Below are positions 41,601 to 50,928 of a stretch of 64,000 nucleotides of DNA, in pieces. Position 1 is the first letter of the stretch. Each line of letters begins with the position of its first letter. Made by a program: the position numbers and the translations under genes. Location: the NCBI GenBank assembly GCA_965220745.1, contig CBDCQT010000010.1, forward strand, positions 256,001 to 320,000. The letters run 5' to 3'. The notes beneath the pieces are model-generated. The model had not been told where the DNA came from and did no database searches. It saw only the letters and a list, made by a program, of their open reading frames with translations. Source of the stretch: Alphaproteobacteria bacterium. Lineage in GTDB: Bacteria; Pseudomonadota; Alphaproteobacteria; UBA828.

Positions 41601-41891
41601 CAGGGATACTGACTTCGGCGCCGAGAGGGTCACGTCCACGCCTGGCCTGTGCTGGTGCTCGCCGTCACGCAACCGCCCGAGGCGAATATCGGTGCCGGGC
41701 ACGTATCCGGCCAGGAGTTCATCGAAGCGCTTCGGCTTCACCGGCCCGTGCAGGCCCATCAACGCCGCCGCCTCGCCGTACCAGCCGCTCGCCTTGCGGT
41801 GCTCCGGGTCTCCCTTCGCGTAGTAGCCGTCCGCCTCGAAGTAGTGCACCGTCGTGGCGGCAGCCTTCAGGCGCGTGACGGTCGCGACCAT
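38697..41891 (-). CDS. MOBF (TrwC/TraI-like) relaxase-helicase
   Basis: N-terminal YF..GYY tyrosines, D.T.SAPKSVS, H..SR..DPQLHTH, FSTRR; RecD-like helicase GHAGSGKTT, DEASM, GD..Q, TVHAAQG, YVELTRAR. Confidence 0.95.
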   Translation of the reverse strand: MVATVTRLKAAATTVHYFEADGYYAKGDPEHRKASGWYGEAAALMGLHGPVKPKRFDELLAGYVPGTDIRLGRLRDGEHQHRPGVDVTLSAPKSVSLEALVYAAPKTGARVVRAHDEAVRATLGFIETELLQTRSYDPATGRRPRVEADGMAAATFRHLASRNLDPQLHTHAVIANMTRGRNGEWRSAEFTAVERSKLLIGAYYRNELRMGLEKIGYATVPTLVGRMPGFEIAGYGKPMLDAFSTRRRELLDYMQERGWENTPARAQQAALYTRRRKAEPDRQVLQETWQARAQELGPARDRDTARGRNGVEASAFLQSEARAAPSALSVVRQAVEHLEERRTVFSANDLRAWALAHGGGRHSLDALDAGIARLRRDGHLIEATARRADLAFVTDRARNAEREIIAGMRAGLNAGHGLAPAEAVEARLDAAGLNPGQRDAVRGILLSPHVTVGVQGHAGSGKTTMLRAVAELAGRQIVGLAPSASAARVLEGEADIPARTLQWFLTRYRDVGDGIAAPEKMEDARKALGGSLLILDEASMVGTTQMRALTRVAVEAGVERLALIGDRRQLRAVEAGQPFALLQDAGMPTARMDEVVRQRDADLRQAVLHMVADEPRLAVEELGNGVLETDGDELGRKAAQLWLDLDPHLRPGTAILAPTHELRAEINAAVRHGLEDEGVLHGPELEIERYVNLHLTRSQKGDIANYREGDVAIFHHDVYGVRAKAGDACRVAEVGDERVVLTLPGGKERTIDPSGYIRYRLDLFETRPMVLKAGDRVRWTRNDPARSLINGEHAEVLSIRRVNVTIRTRDGREIVMTRDDSQLHHLDHAYSSTVHAAQGITCDRAIAVLDTERGGVADQATFYVELTRARDNVVLLTDDREALIEALETAPAGEMSALKAIGEQFEVATSVSTPDSTSVSAETAPRQPPAEKETVLDEATKENRKAAERFLDRALSAAAASIRQREEHAAIAASKRAHVTEDPGYKEWSEDAQRALDGCRRILDDPETFGTHLDSRPGAEDDLRRMSARIESTLASDKAEIERRQQELEASKAIERDIDMGLEL

Positions 41892-41897
41892 GGCTGC

Positions 41898-42800
41898 CTA
41901 CTGCTCCGCCACAGGATCGAATTCCCCTTCGGACGACACCTTGGTCAGAGTTCCTGGGTAGAAGGGGACTGTCACATCCAGCGAGGGATCGATATCCAGC
42001 CCGCACCGGATGGTTCTCTCGTCCAGACGGGCCTTCGAAGCGCATATTGCGAGCGACGGCGCGTAGTGCTCGGCGACAAAATCGTTCCACGCGTCTCGCG
42101 GGTCGCCGAAGGACACGAAATCGGTCTCCCGTTGAAGCACCAGGCCCAGCGCGAAGAAGACGAACGACGCGGCCCCGATGGCCAGTCCAGTCAGCACAGG
42201 ACGCCAGCGCTGGTCCTGGTTGATGCGGAACATGTTCGAGGCGTGAATGCGCAGATTGCTTTCCAGCGACGTCGCCACTTTCTTCAGTTCGGCCGTGGTC
42301 TCGGCGGCCATCTCAGATTGGTAGCCCGTCGCGTGGAGACGCTTGTCGAGGGCCTCGCCTTGCGCGTTCAGCGCGGCAGCGCCCTGGGCCAGTGTCCGTG
42401 CGGCTTCTGCCGCGCCGTCCTTCCGCGCTGCCAGCTCCGCGGCCTTGGCCAGCGCGCCGCGCGCGTCAGCGACCGCCTGGGCCAGCGCCGCGGTTTCGCG
42501 TGTGAGCGTCTCGGCGTTCTCGTGCGCTCGATCCGGCTCGTCCTGGAGCGCGTCGATGCGTGCGGCGGTGGCCCGCACCGTCGCGAGGATCTCCGTAATG
42601 GCGTCGTCGTGGGTATCGTCGTGCGCAGCGGGCTGCGGAGATGTGACCGGCGTCGGCGTCGGCGGCGATGGCTCAGCCTTGCCGGTCGCGGCCGGCGATC
42701 TGCGCTCCGCCCCTTCCGGCCGGCCGACCAGAAGGTCGCGACCGTCGAACGCGTCTACGCTGGAGTTCTCCCGGTGGTGTGTCTCGTTCTCAGACGCCAT
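41898..42800 (-). CDS. Coiled-coil, single-TM protein directly upstream of the relaxase
   Basis: Ala-rich coiled coil, TM VLTGLAIGAASFVFFALGLVL, small C-terminal domain with two Cys; stop 6 bp before the relaxase ATG. Confidence 0.7.
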   Translation of the reverse strand: MASENETHHRENSSVDAFDGRDLLVGRPEGAERRSPAATGKAEPSPPTPTPVTSPQPAAHDDTHDDAITEILATVRATAARIDALQDEPDRAHENAETLTRETAALAQAVADARGALAKAAELAARKDGAAEAARTLAQGAAALNAQGEALDKRLHATGYQSEMAAETTAELKKVATSLESNLRIHASNMFRINQDQRWRPVLTGLAIGAASFVFFALGLVLQRETDFVSFGDPRDAWNDFVAEHYAPSLAICASKARLDERTIRCGLDIDPSLDVTVPFYPGTLTKVSSEGEFDPVAEQ

Positions 42801-43097
42801 GGTCGCCTCACACCGATACCAACTGTTCGTGGGTTCCGCCAAATTGGATATCGGTACGAGTGGGTCAAACGGCAACTGTCTTGGCCGCTTTGAAGCACCT
42901 ATACGCGAGTGACCCTGCCGTGGAGGTGGCGAGGCGGCCCAGAAGACTGAAGCGACCATGCCGTGCCCCTGGGCCTGCCCTGCTATCACGTACAGCTTCG
43001 CGCCCGAAGTCAGTTTCGAGCGAACAAGCTCATCTTTCTCTGTCGACACTCCCACGGTAGAATTCGGTGGGTGGCTTTCAGGGAAGGACGAGGGGAC

Positions 43098-44942
43098 ATG
43101 CACTGTGCCCGGTACGCCCTGCTTGTTCTGACTCTGCTCGCTGTATCGTGGACTCTGACCGCTCCGCTTTACGCGCAGGACCGACAAGTTTTCGAGGCAG
43201 GCCCTCCAACCGAAGTAGTACAGGAGGCCCGGGCCTTGCTAGCGGCGCTGGGCTACGAGCCCGGTTCGACCGACGACGGCTCGTGGAACGAACGCCTGTC
43301 GATAGCCTATCTCACCTTTCTTCGCGACGTCGCTCTTCCGCCATCCAATGTGCTTACGCCGCAAGGTCTACACCATCTTCGCGAGGTGGCACAGTCTGAA
43401 GGCGTGGCAGGCGCCTGGGCATCCAATGAGACGGTGCCGACTTTAGGCTCTGATCGACTGCACCGCGCGGTCATTGCGGGAGACATAGAGGGCGTACGCT
43501 CACTTCTTTCGGGCGGGGCGCCCGTCGACGGGCGGGACGGCCAGGGCTGGACGCCGCTGATGCACGCGGCAAACAAGGGCTACGTGCTCTTGATCGAAAT
43601 GCTGCTTCGATCCGGCGCGTCGCCGGACGTCCGAGCAGCAGATGGAGCAACGGCACTGTTCATCGCGACCATGAACGCACACCCAGAGGCGATCGCCCAG
43701 TTGATGCGGGCGGGTGCGTCGGTTTCCATAAGGGGCCCGAGGGGCCTGACAGCTGTGGACGTGGCGCGGCTGGTCTATGGCGAGAAGAAGGACCAGCGTC
43801 CCGTTCCCGACGACGCGGAGGTGCATGCGCTTATTGCGGGAATGACTTGGGCGGAGGCAGTAAAGAAGACGGTGGCCGGACTGAAGGCAGAGCAGCAGGC
43901 AGACCCGTCCGTTTCCCCGCAACAAGGAGCCGAGCCACAGGATGCGGAACAGGAAGACTCGTCGGCGGCTCAATCTACCGGAGATGCGGAGGCGGTCGAG
44001 GCCGCGCTGGCCTTGACGCAGGCGCAGCGCGTGTCAGTCCAGAAGGCCTTGTCCGAATTGGGATTCGACGTTGGTTCGGCAGACGGCTTGTTCGGGCCTC
44101 GCACTCGAACAGCGATCGCTACCTATCAGAGAGCGGGAAACTTGTCGGAGACGGGATATCTGACCCAAGATCAGACGAAGCAGCTGCTGGTGGCAGGAGA
44201 GGAAGCCGCGCGAATGCGGGCGGAAGAAGCCGAACGCAAGCGGAGGGCGGAGGAGGAGGCACGCAAACAAGTAGCGGAGGAAGCAGAACGGAAGCGCGCG
44301 GCAGAGGAGATCGCACCTGCGCCCGAGCCGTTGTGTAGAGGTGGGGCAGGCACCCCCTGCTGGATAGAGACCCAGAACCAGCCGGGATGCCATGTGTGGG
44401 TCCGGCTCCCAGATTCGCAACCGAACGAGAGAATTATCTGGTCAGGGGCCTGCATAGATGGCATTGCCTCGGGTGAGGGGCGCATGGTCCGGCGCTACAG
44501 CGGGGGCAAGATCACTTACGCGGGAGGGATCCACGACGGCAAGTACGACGGACGCGGGATCATAACATGGCCTAGTGGTGCACGCTACGAAGGCGAGTGG
44601 CGCGACGGCAAGACGCACGGGCGCGGAACTTATACGTGGCCCAAAGGCGACCGCTACGAAGGAGGATTTATCGACGGCGAAAGGCACGGACGCGGGACTT
44701 ATACGTGGCCCAACGGCAACCGCTACGAAGGCGGGTGGAGCGACGGCAATAGGCATGGCTTCGGAACCTTTACCTATAGAAACGGCAATCGCTACGAAGG
44801 CAATTGGTCTGATGACAAGCCGAACGGCTTAGGAACTGCCTTGATCGCTGGCGAAGTTTTTCGTGGCCAATGGCACGACGGTTGCTTTGGCTCGTGGTGG
44901 CGTGGGGCGTACATTGCCGTAGCCGAAGAGTCTTGTCACTAA
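43098..44942 (+). CDS. Secreted protein with ankyrin repeats, peptidoglycan-binding domain(s) and MORN repeats
   Basis: Signal peptide; GWTPLMHAA and GATALFIA ankyrins; VQKALSELGFDVGSADGLFGPRTRTAI PG-binding; YEGEWRDGKTHGRGTYTW repeats. Confidence 0.88.
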   Translation: MHCARYALLVLTLLAVSWTLTAPLYAQDRQVFEAGPPTEVVQEARALLAALGYEPGSTDDGSWNERLSIAYLTFLRDVALPPSNVLTPQGLHHLREVAQSEGVAGAWASNETVPTLGSDRLHRAVIAGDIEGVRSLLSGGAPVDGRDGQGWTPLMHAANKGYVLLIEMLLRSGASPDVRAADGATALFIATMNAHPEAIAQLMRAGASVSIRGPRGLTAVDVARLVYGEKKDQRPVPDDAEVHALIAGMTWAEAVKKTVAGLKAEQQADPSVSPQQGAEPQDAEQEDSSAAQSTGDAEAVEAALALTQAQRVSVQKALSELGFDVGSADGLFGPRTRTAIATYQRAGNLSETGYLTQDQTKQLLVAGEEAARMRAEEAERKRRAEEEARKQVAEEAERKRAAEEIAPAPEPLCRGGAGTPCWIETQNQPGCHVWVRLPDSQPNERIIWSGACIDGIASGEGRMVRRYSGGKITYAGGIHDGKYDGRGIITWPSGARYEGEWRDGKTHGRGTYTWPKGDRYEGGFIDGERHGRGTYTWPNGNRYEGGWSDGNRHGFGTFTYRNGNRYEGNWSDDKPNGLGTALIAGEVFRGQWHDGCFGSWWRGAYIAVAEESCH

Positions 44943-44946
44943 CCAA

Positions 44947-46119
44947 TCAAGGCGCCTTTCTCACGATTTTCCCTTGGTTTCCGACACATATTTCCTCGAA
45001 CCTGCCCGAATCAATGCTCGGATCGTAGGTCGAGGATACCCTTTGCGCCGCCAGCTGGCGGCAAGCCAGTCCGGGAGCGCAGGTATGGCCGCGCTCGAAG
45101 GTCACTCCGGGACTGTTTTGGCATTGCGCCGAGAAATTCGTGCAATCGCTCGGGTCGTCCAACGTGTACTCGACGCAGACTGAGCCTTGTCTGCACGTTA
45201 TCCTGCATCGATCATCATCGGGTTCCGGCGATTCGCTGGTGTTCGCCTCCATCCGCGGCTCAACTGTTCCCGGTTCATCCTTTGGATGGGCCATTCGCGC
45301 GCCAGTGTCTCGCGCCGGGCTATCCGCGGTTTCCTGCTCTTGCGCCGCCGCCGCCGCGGCGGCCTGTTCGCGGAGTTCAGCTTCATATTCGGCTCTGCGC
45401 CGGTCGAGGGCTTCGATGCTGGCCTCGTAGTCGCCGCTTTCGGGTTGCCCGTCCTGGTCCTTGACGCCGGACGACGCAGCCAAAATCTCGTCGAGCCCCT
45501 TCAGGGTCTCGTCGTAGCGCTGACGGGCCTCGGACGCTCCGGTCGTGGTTTCGACGCCGGTGCTCGCTTCGCGCCAGACGTCGTCTCCACGCTCGTCGTT
45601 TCCGGACGCCATCCTGGATCGTTCTCCGATGGCGGTTGTTTCGGCATAGGCGATTTCGGGAAGCGGTTCATCTCGGAGAATTCCGGTCTCCCATTCGTAG
45701 AAGGGCCGCTGATCGCGAGAAATCGCGAGCGGAGCGAGGGATACGATATCGCCAGCCTTGCCGACCAGACGGTCAATCCTTGCCCTGGCCGCCCCAAGCC
45801 TTTCCCGCGCGCCTTCCAGGGCGGCGGACGCACTCTCGACAAGACCCAGGACCGGGAACGCGTCCCTTACGATTTTTCCCGGCACATCCCGGATATCGCT
45901 CCAGACCTCCCCAACTCTCTCGTCGTCGCCCTCTCCGACCGCATCCAGCATATCGCCGAACAATCCGGTCAGCGTGCCGAGGTTCTGCTTGACGGACCGG
46001 AACGCGGAAACCTGGGCGTAGACCTGGGCGCCGGCTCCTATGCCCCTGGCCCGGTCGAGCCAGCCGGCGTCGGCCGGTACCGAAGACACAAGAACCGCTG
46101 CGAGCAAGCAAACCTGCAT
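44947..46119 (-). CDS. Secreted hypothetical protein with Cys-rich C-terminal domain
   Basis: Hydrophobic leader ending ADA; helical body; 8 Cys in the last ~85 aa. Confidence 0.6.
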   Translation of the reverse strand: MQVCLLAAVLVSSVPADAGWLDRARGIGAGAQVYAQVSAFRSVKQNLGTLTGLFGDMLDAVGEGDDERVGEVWSDIRDVPGKIVRDAFPVLGLVESASAALEGARERLGAARARIDRLVGKAGDIVSLAPLAISRDQRPFYEWETGILRDEPLPEIAYAETTAIGERSRMASGNDERGDDVWREASTGVETTTGASEARQRYDETLKGLDEILAASSGVKDQDGQPESGDYEASIEALDRRRAEYEAELREQAAAAAAAQEQETADSPARDTGARMAHPKDEPGTVEPRMEANTSESPEPDDDRCRITCRQGSVCVEYTLDDPSDCTNFSAQCQNSPGVTFERGHTCAPGLACRQLAAQRVSSTYDPSIDSGRFEEICVGNQGKIVRKAP

Positions 46120-46166
46120 CGTGGGTCGGCCTAGGGGAAAAAATCTCGCCAAGGCCCGGTTCCGTC

Positions 46167-47201
46167 TTACTCGGTCACCGACAGCAGTGCGAACCGACGA
46201 AGCTCGCAAGCGCCATCTGCCATTCGGCATGCGGCGAACACATATACTCCGCCTTCTTCAGGAACTGAGCCGACGAGGAGGCGATCATTCTCAGCCGCGC
46301 CGAGCACCATATCGAGGGAAAGGCGTTCGACGAAGGCCTGAGGCAACTGCGCGAGTGCAGCGGCCGTCCCGGCATCGGTCTCCGGCGCAACGGCAGTTAG
46401 CGAAGCGGCATCGCCCGAATTCAGGGCATCCTCTATTTCGTGCAGCGTCGCACCGAGCCACTGTAGCCTCGCGTCCGTCCAAACCGATCTTTGCGCCGCA
46501 TTCCAGGCAAGCCGCGCCATCGCATCCCGAGCGTTTGCCGCTGCGTCCGCAAACGTCGATACGGCGCGCCCCGCCGCCTGGGCTTCTGCCGGATGGCGCC
46601 TGTCGAATCGTTCGAGACGTTCGGCAGAAATGCGGGCCAAGGCCGCTGTCGGCGAGGACTTCGTCGCGATCCATTTAGGAAGCAGCGATACAGGACCTCC
46701 CGGTCCATCCAGACGCTCGCCCGGCAGAACGCGGGCTCTGTGCACGACATAGGTGTCTCCCTGTCGCCGCCACAGAGTGAACAGGCCCACATCGAGCAAC
46801 GGGTTGAAATACAGAGCCGCGGGAACGGAGGCCTTCAGTCGACCGAGCTTGACGATCGCGTTCTCGAAAAACGGTCCCCATAGCGCGGGCAGGAGTTCGC
46901 CAGGAACCGTATTGGCTCCTGGCATCGTCGACAGGACGGACATCGCCGACCCTTCTCCGGCAAGTCCAGTTGTGCGAAAGGCCAGGGCAGAGGCAGCGAA
47001 GAGACGCGCTGGGGATTCAGTTTCTGTACGAGCTGACTCCATCTCCCCAAATGTCGAGAAGGCGATCAACAGCAATAAGGCCGTCCTTGCCGTAATGCCG
47101 ATGCCCGATCTGCTTCTCCAGAAACGAGCAAATGGCACAAAACCTCGAAGCTCAGATAGTATTAGCGGCCGCATGGCTAGCTTCTTTCGAACGGCAGGCA
47201 T
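46167..47201 (-). CDS. Hypothetical exported protein (start uncertain)
   Basis: 344-aa ORF with hydrophobic segment ALLLLIAF; co-oriented between the lipase-like gene and the 44947 gene. Confidence 0.55.
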   Translation of the reverse strand: MPAVRKKLAMRPLILSELRGFVPFARFWRSRSGIGITARTALLLLIAFSTFGEMESARTETESPARLFAASALAFRTTGLAGEGSAMSVLSTMPGANTVPGELLPALWGPFFENAIVKLGRLKASVPAALYFNPLLDVGLFTLWRRQGDTYVVHRARVLPGERLDGPGGPVSLLPKWIATKSSPTAALARISAERLERFDRRHPAEAQAAGRAVSTFADAAANARDAMARLAWNAAQRSVWTDARLQWLGATLHEIEDALNSGDAASLTAVAPETDAGTAAALAQLPQAFVERLSLDMVLGAAENDRLLVGSVPEEGGVYVFAACRMADGACELRRFALLSVTE

Positions 47202-47373
47202 CGTAATCTGATTTTGAGGTTAATCATTTCGTACTCGATTTGGTAGTACGGCGTGTGTGATGATCGCTATCAACCGAGTAGCGGTGCAATAACTCGCATG
47301 CGGTACTCCATTCTCGCTGTGTTGCCTCTTGTAGCTTTCTTTGAACATATCTTTCTGCGACATCAATACAAGA

Positions 47374-48564
47374 TCACGGCGAATATCTGGGGCCACGGTA
47401 TGAAAACTCCATACCTCCGCAACACTGACACATCCGAATGATACGCTGCACAGCATTGATTCCGTGCCGGCATAGAAGATCGCAATCTCCCTCCGGAGGC
47501 TTGTACTCTATTAGGTGGCCGACATATCGCCTATTGGGAAACGTTTTCTGCAGGACCTCGCCATCGACCCTTATGCTATATATTCCCGGCCATTCATATT
47601 TCGCTCGTGAGTAACCGCCGGCACCAGAATCCCATCCTATGGTATTATAGGAAAGAACACGAATTGCATTGTCACTAGCCTCACACTCTTCCATTGCGAA
47701 CGCTATACCACCATTCATTGCAATGTATTCGGAGGCCATGCCCCCCAACGAGTGGCCTACTATGGAGCCCTGGAAGTTGGCCGATTGTGGGTAATTCTCG
47801 CATTTTTCCTTGAAAAACGAACCTGCAACTTCCACGGCAAGGTCGAGCAAACAAGATCGGTCTTGTAGCGCCAGTATAGAGGTGAGGAAGCTTTGAGAAC
47901 TAAAGGGATTCGTTCCAGCGATTCCGATCCACTCTTCGTCCTTCCAATCACCAGAATTCAAACGAATCAACCTAAGGTCTTCCGTGTATTCGATTGCCGA
48001 TACCAGCACAATTCCCATTCTTACCAATAAAGACACTTCGTCATGTGCCTCTATCCACTGCATGGTCATTGTGAAGTTACTCGAATCGGTGTTTCTCTCG
48101 GTACAACGATAATGAGTTTCCTCGAATCGACGGCCCCCTATTCTACGTTTAAGAACCTCTTTCTTGACTTCACGCCCGTTGTTCTCATCCGCCTGCTTCA
48201 CACACCCGCGTACTTCTGTGTCGTCGCCATTTCCTTCATCGTCATTTCCCTCAACACAAGCTTTTGCGTGGTAAAATAGCTCTTGTTCAATATCATGAAG
48301 CATAACAGGTTGCCCAAACACGTCGTATGACTGGGCGTCGCCTTGCAGGCATTGATATTCTAGGCTCATGCGGTATTGACCTGGCGTCTTGTACGATAAG
48401 GCCGCTAGAGATGCTCCTTGCAGAAAATATTCGTGTGTATGAATATCGCTAATAGGGCTTGGGCAGTTCTCCGAATGAGCGGCGGCAGATATGCATAGCG
48501 CATGAAATAGACATCCGAGAATGATGATTTTCCGGCAAATGTGAGCGCAAATTGTAGGTGTCAT
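47374..48564 (-). CDS. Secreted alpha/beta-hydrolase (lipase class 3-like), Cys-rich, low GC
   Basis: Signal peptide; GIAGT, VGHSLGG nucleophile elbow, C-terminal RHGI. Confidence 0.72.
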   Translation of the reverse strand: MTPTICAHICRKIIILGCLFHALCISAAAHSENCPSPISDIHTHEYFLQGASLAALSYKTPGQYRMSLEYQCLQGDAQSYDVFGQPVMLHDIEQELFYHAKACVEGNDDEGNGDDTEVRGCVKQADENNGREVKKEVLKRRIGGRRFEETHYRCTERNTDSSNFTMTMQWIEAHDEVSLLVRMGIVLVSAIEYTEDLRLIRLNSGDWKDEEWIGIAGTNPFSSQSFLTSILALQDRSCLLDLAVEVAGSFFKEKCENYPQSANFQGSIVGHSLGGMASEYIAMNGGIAFAMEECEASDNAIRVLSYNTIGWDSGAGGYSRAKYEWPGIYSIRVDGEVLQKTFPNRRYVGHLIEYKPPEGDCDLLCRHGINAVQRIIRMCQCCGGMEFSYRGPRYSP

Positions 48565-48701
48565 GATGTCTCCTTTCAGCGGACGATCCGATAGAGTGGA
48601 TGCCGCGCATCGTGAGCGCTGAAAATGGTAGGTGAGAGCGCGGCAGACAGTCAAGATGGACGAGGATGCGCACGGCAGATGGTCCAGGGAAAGAACACCC
48701 G

Positions 48702-49169
48702 ATGAGACTCTCCACCGCCCTTTTCGCTGTCGTCCTGATGGTGTCCGTCGGCGCCTGCGGAGGCCGGGACGAATGACCGCAAGAACCGCAAGACACCGGG
48801 CCCATCAGCTTCGAACGGAACTCGGCGTTCTCCGGCCCCAACCTGCGGGTGTTCCTCACCCTGGAGGATGGCACGCCGTTGTCCGTCAACACGGCCGACG
48901 ACGCCGTGGATACGAACCCCGGCTCCACGTCCCTTCCCGGACACCAGGCGCGGGACTGGGTATTCGTCAGGGACGACGAGAACGGCACGTCCATCGTCTA
49001 TGCCCTGGTGAGCTGGGACCCGCTCGACACGCCCGACTATCTGATGGCCAGCTGGTGGGCGCAGTATCCCGATCAGCACTACCCGGACCTCTCGTTCGAG
49101 GACTCGATCCAGTACGCCATCGTGGACGGCCCGGAACTTGAATGGAAGTGGGTGGGGGCTTGCCTCTGA
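48702..49169 (+). pseudogene. Frameshifted, truncated lipoprotein gene
   Basis: MRLSTALFAVVLMVSVGAC lipobox then early stop; coding-like continuation (VSWD..DYLMASWW..DGPEL) in another frame. Confidence 0.5.
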
Positions 49170-49425
49170 AGACGCCGACGGTAACGCTGGCTGTGGCTCT
49201 CCTAGTGTTGAGCACTGATCGCATATTGCACGACGTTATCGTAGCAATAGGGTGCAATCCGCGTTACGGCCGGCGGCCATTGCACTGAAGACGCGCGGGT
49301 TCTGGGTCCGAGGGTCCTGGAAACCTTGCCAAACTGCATGAACTACCGTCACCCATCGGCTATTGGGACTTCCACGCTGAGGTTAGCCCGTTGTCCTGCT
49401 ACACCGTGATTGTCTTCGACTGCCC

Positions 49426-50928
49426 TCACGCTAAAGCGGCCATATAGCTCCAATACTCCTCGTCCGTCAGCAGGGCCACCGCGAACTCTTTCACGTCGGC
49501 CATGGTCGCATGTCGCCCATCGTCCGTTGCGGATCCACCCAAGTCATTATCAGCATATGGACCGAACCCAGCCTCCAGCGAGTGGAGATTGATCCTCCCG
49601 TCGCGCAGAATCGTCAGCCACCGGCCTCGCAGATACCCAATATCGCCAGCGGCGACGACACCTCCCTCGATCGCAAAGGTGAAACAAATCGCCTTCTGCG
49701 GCAGGTGCCTCCGCCAGAACTCCACGTTAGATTTGTATGGTGCCCCGGGTTCGGACCATGGAACCACCTTGCATTTCACCCGCAGCTGAATGTTGGCCTT
49801 TCCCGCTCCCACTCTCATCCAAAACAGGTCGGTCGCCCCAACCCACTGGTAATGAAAATCATTGTCGACGTCGATTGCAAGCGACGCTTCCTCTTCACTG
49901 ATCTCTTCACAAACCGAAATCAATGTGCGCCTGAGGTCCGCGTACACAGTTTCGGCCAGCGGAGCGCTTGCCTCAATTTCCGCAGCGAGAGCTTGGTCGA
50001 TCAGAAGGCGCCTAGCTGCCCCTTGTCGCTTTGCCCGAGCAATCGCGCCTGCCCGGATTCTTTCTGACATTCGTTCTTCCTCTCCGACAAACAGAGTGCT
50101 TAGTAATTCGACACACTCGGCACCGTCACGAGGTGCCACGGACTCGGTCGAACACGCTGCGGTAAACGCCCGAATGAGCATCAATGAGTCTTGACTTATG
50201 CCGCTGGCGTACTTGGCATGGTTCCAGTGTACGGGGCGACTCCAGTGCGCTTTCGAGGCATCCGCATCGAGCATCCAAATCATCAATTGCCCGAGCTCGA
50301 AAACATCAAGCCAGGGACGTACCTCTTCTACCCGCATACGCATGACGTCCGGACTGAACCTTGCGTTGCCCACCGCGTCACAGGTTGGAGTCAGACGCGA
50401 GCCGCTCTCCTCGTAAGCGATCCCGAAATCGATCAGGATAGGCCAGGGGTCCGCCTTACCCCGCTTGAGCACGATATTTTTTGGCTTGATATCGCGATGA
50501 ACTATTCCCTCGCGGTGGCAGACCTCGAGTGCAGATGACAGTTCGCGCACGATCCAGACAGCTTTCCTGACCATGGTTTCGGGTGAGCGGCCGTTTCCGC
50601 GCTTCCACTGTCGCCACCACTTCTCAAAGGAGTCGCCGCGTTCTCCGATGTACCAAGGGAATTGACCTTCAGTGGACCACTCGAGAATTCGCACCACGGA
50701 CCTGTGTTCTACGCGATCACATAGAATTCCTATTTCTCGACAAAACCTCTCTCGTGAAGTCGTTGTGACCGGCTCCTTGAGCGTCCGAAGGACCCCTTCC
50801 CGGCCATCTCTATAGCAAACGATGAAGACATCGGCCTGCCCGCCGCTCCGTAACTTTTCCGTGGCAGACCACCCCTCGGGAAGAATTTTCGCAATGTCCA
50901 GCGCAGTACGCAAGGCGTATCCCCCCAA
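49426..50928 (-). CDS. Hanks-type Ser/Thr protein kinase with unknown C-terminal domain
   Basis: GGQADV loop, RFCREI, HRDIKPKN, IDFG, DVFELG. Confidence 0.88.
   Translation of the reverse strand: MGGYALRTALDIAKILPEGWSATEKLRSGGQADVFIVCYRDGREGVLRTLKEPVTTTSRERFCREIGILCDRVEHRSVVRILEWSTEGQFPWYIGERGDSFEKWWRQWKRGNGRSPETMVRKAVWIVRELSSALEVCHREGIVHRDIKPKNIVLKRGKADPWPILIDFGIAYEESGSRLTPTCDAVGNARFSPDVMRMRVEEVRPWLDVFELGQLMIWMLDADASKAHWSRPVHWNHAKYASGISQDSLMLIRAFTAACSTESVAPRDGAECVELLSTLFVGEEERMSERIRAGAIARAKRQGAARRLLIDQALAAEIEASAPLAETVYADLRRTLISVCEEISEEEASLAIDVDNDFHYQWVGATDLFWMRVGAGKANIQLRVKCKVVPWSEPGAPYKSNVEFWRRHLPQKAICFTFAIEGGVVAAGDIGYLRGRWLTILRDGRINLHSLEAGFGPYADNDLGGSATDDGRHATMADVKEFAVALLTDEEYWSYMAALA

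Noticed and set aside
42890-42910. GCGTATAGGTGC (minus strand) as a nic candidate
   Set aside because: No adjacent hairpin and a weaker match than the junction site
44560-44830. 69-bp-period nucleotide repeats
   Set aside because: They are the coding MORN repeats of the 43098-44942 protein
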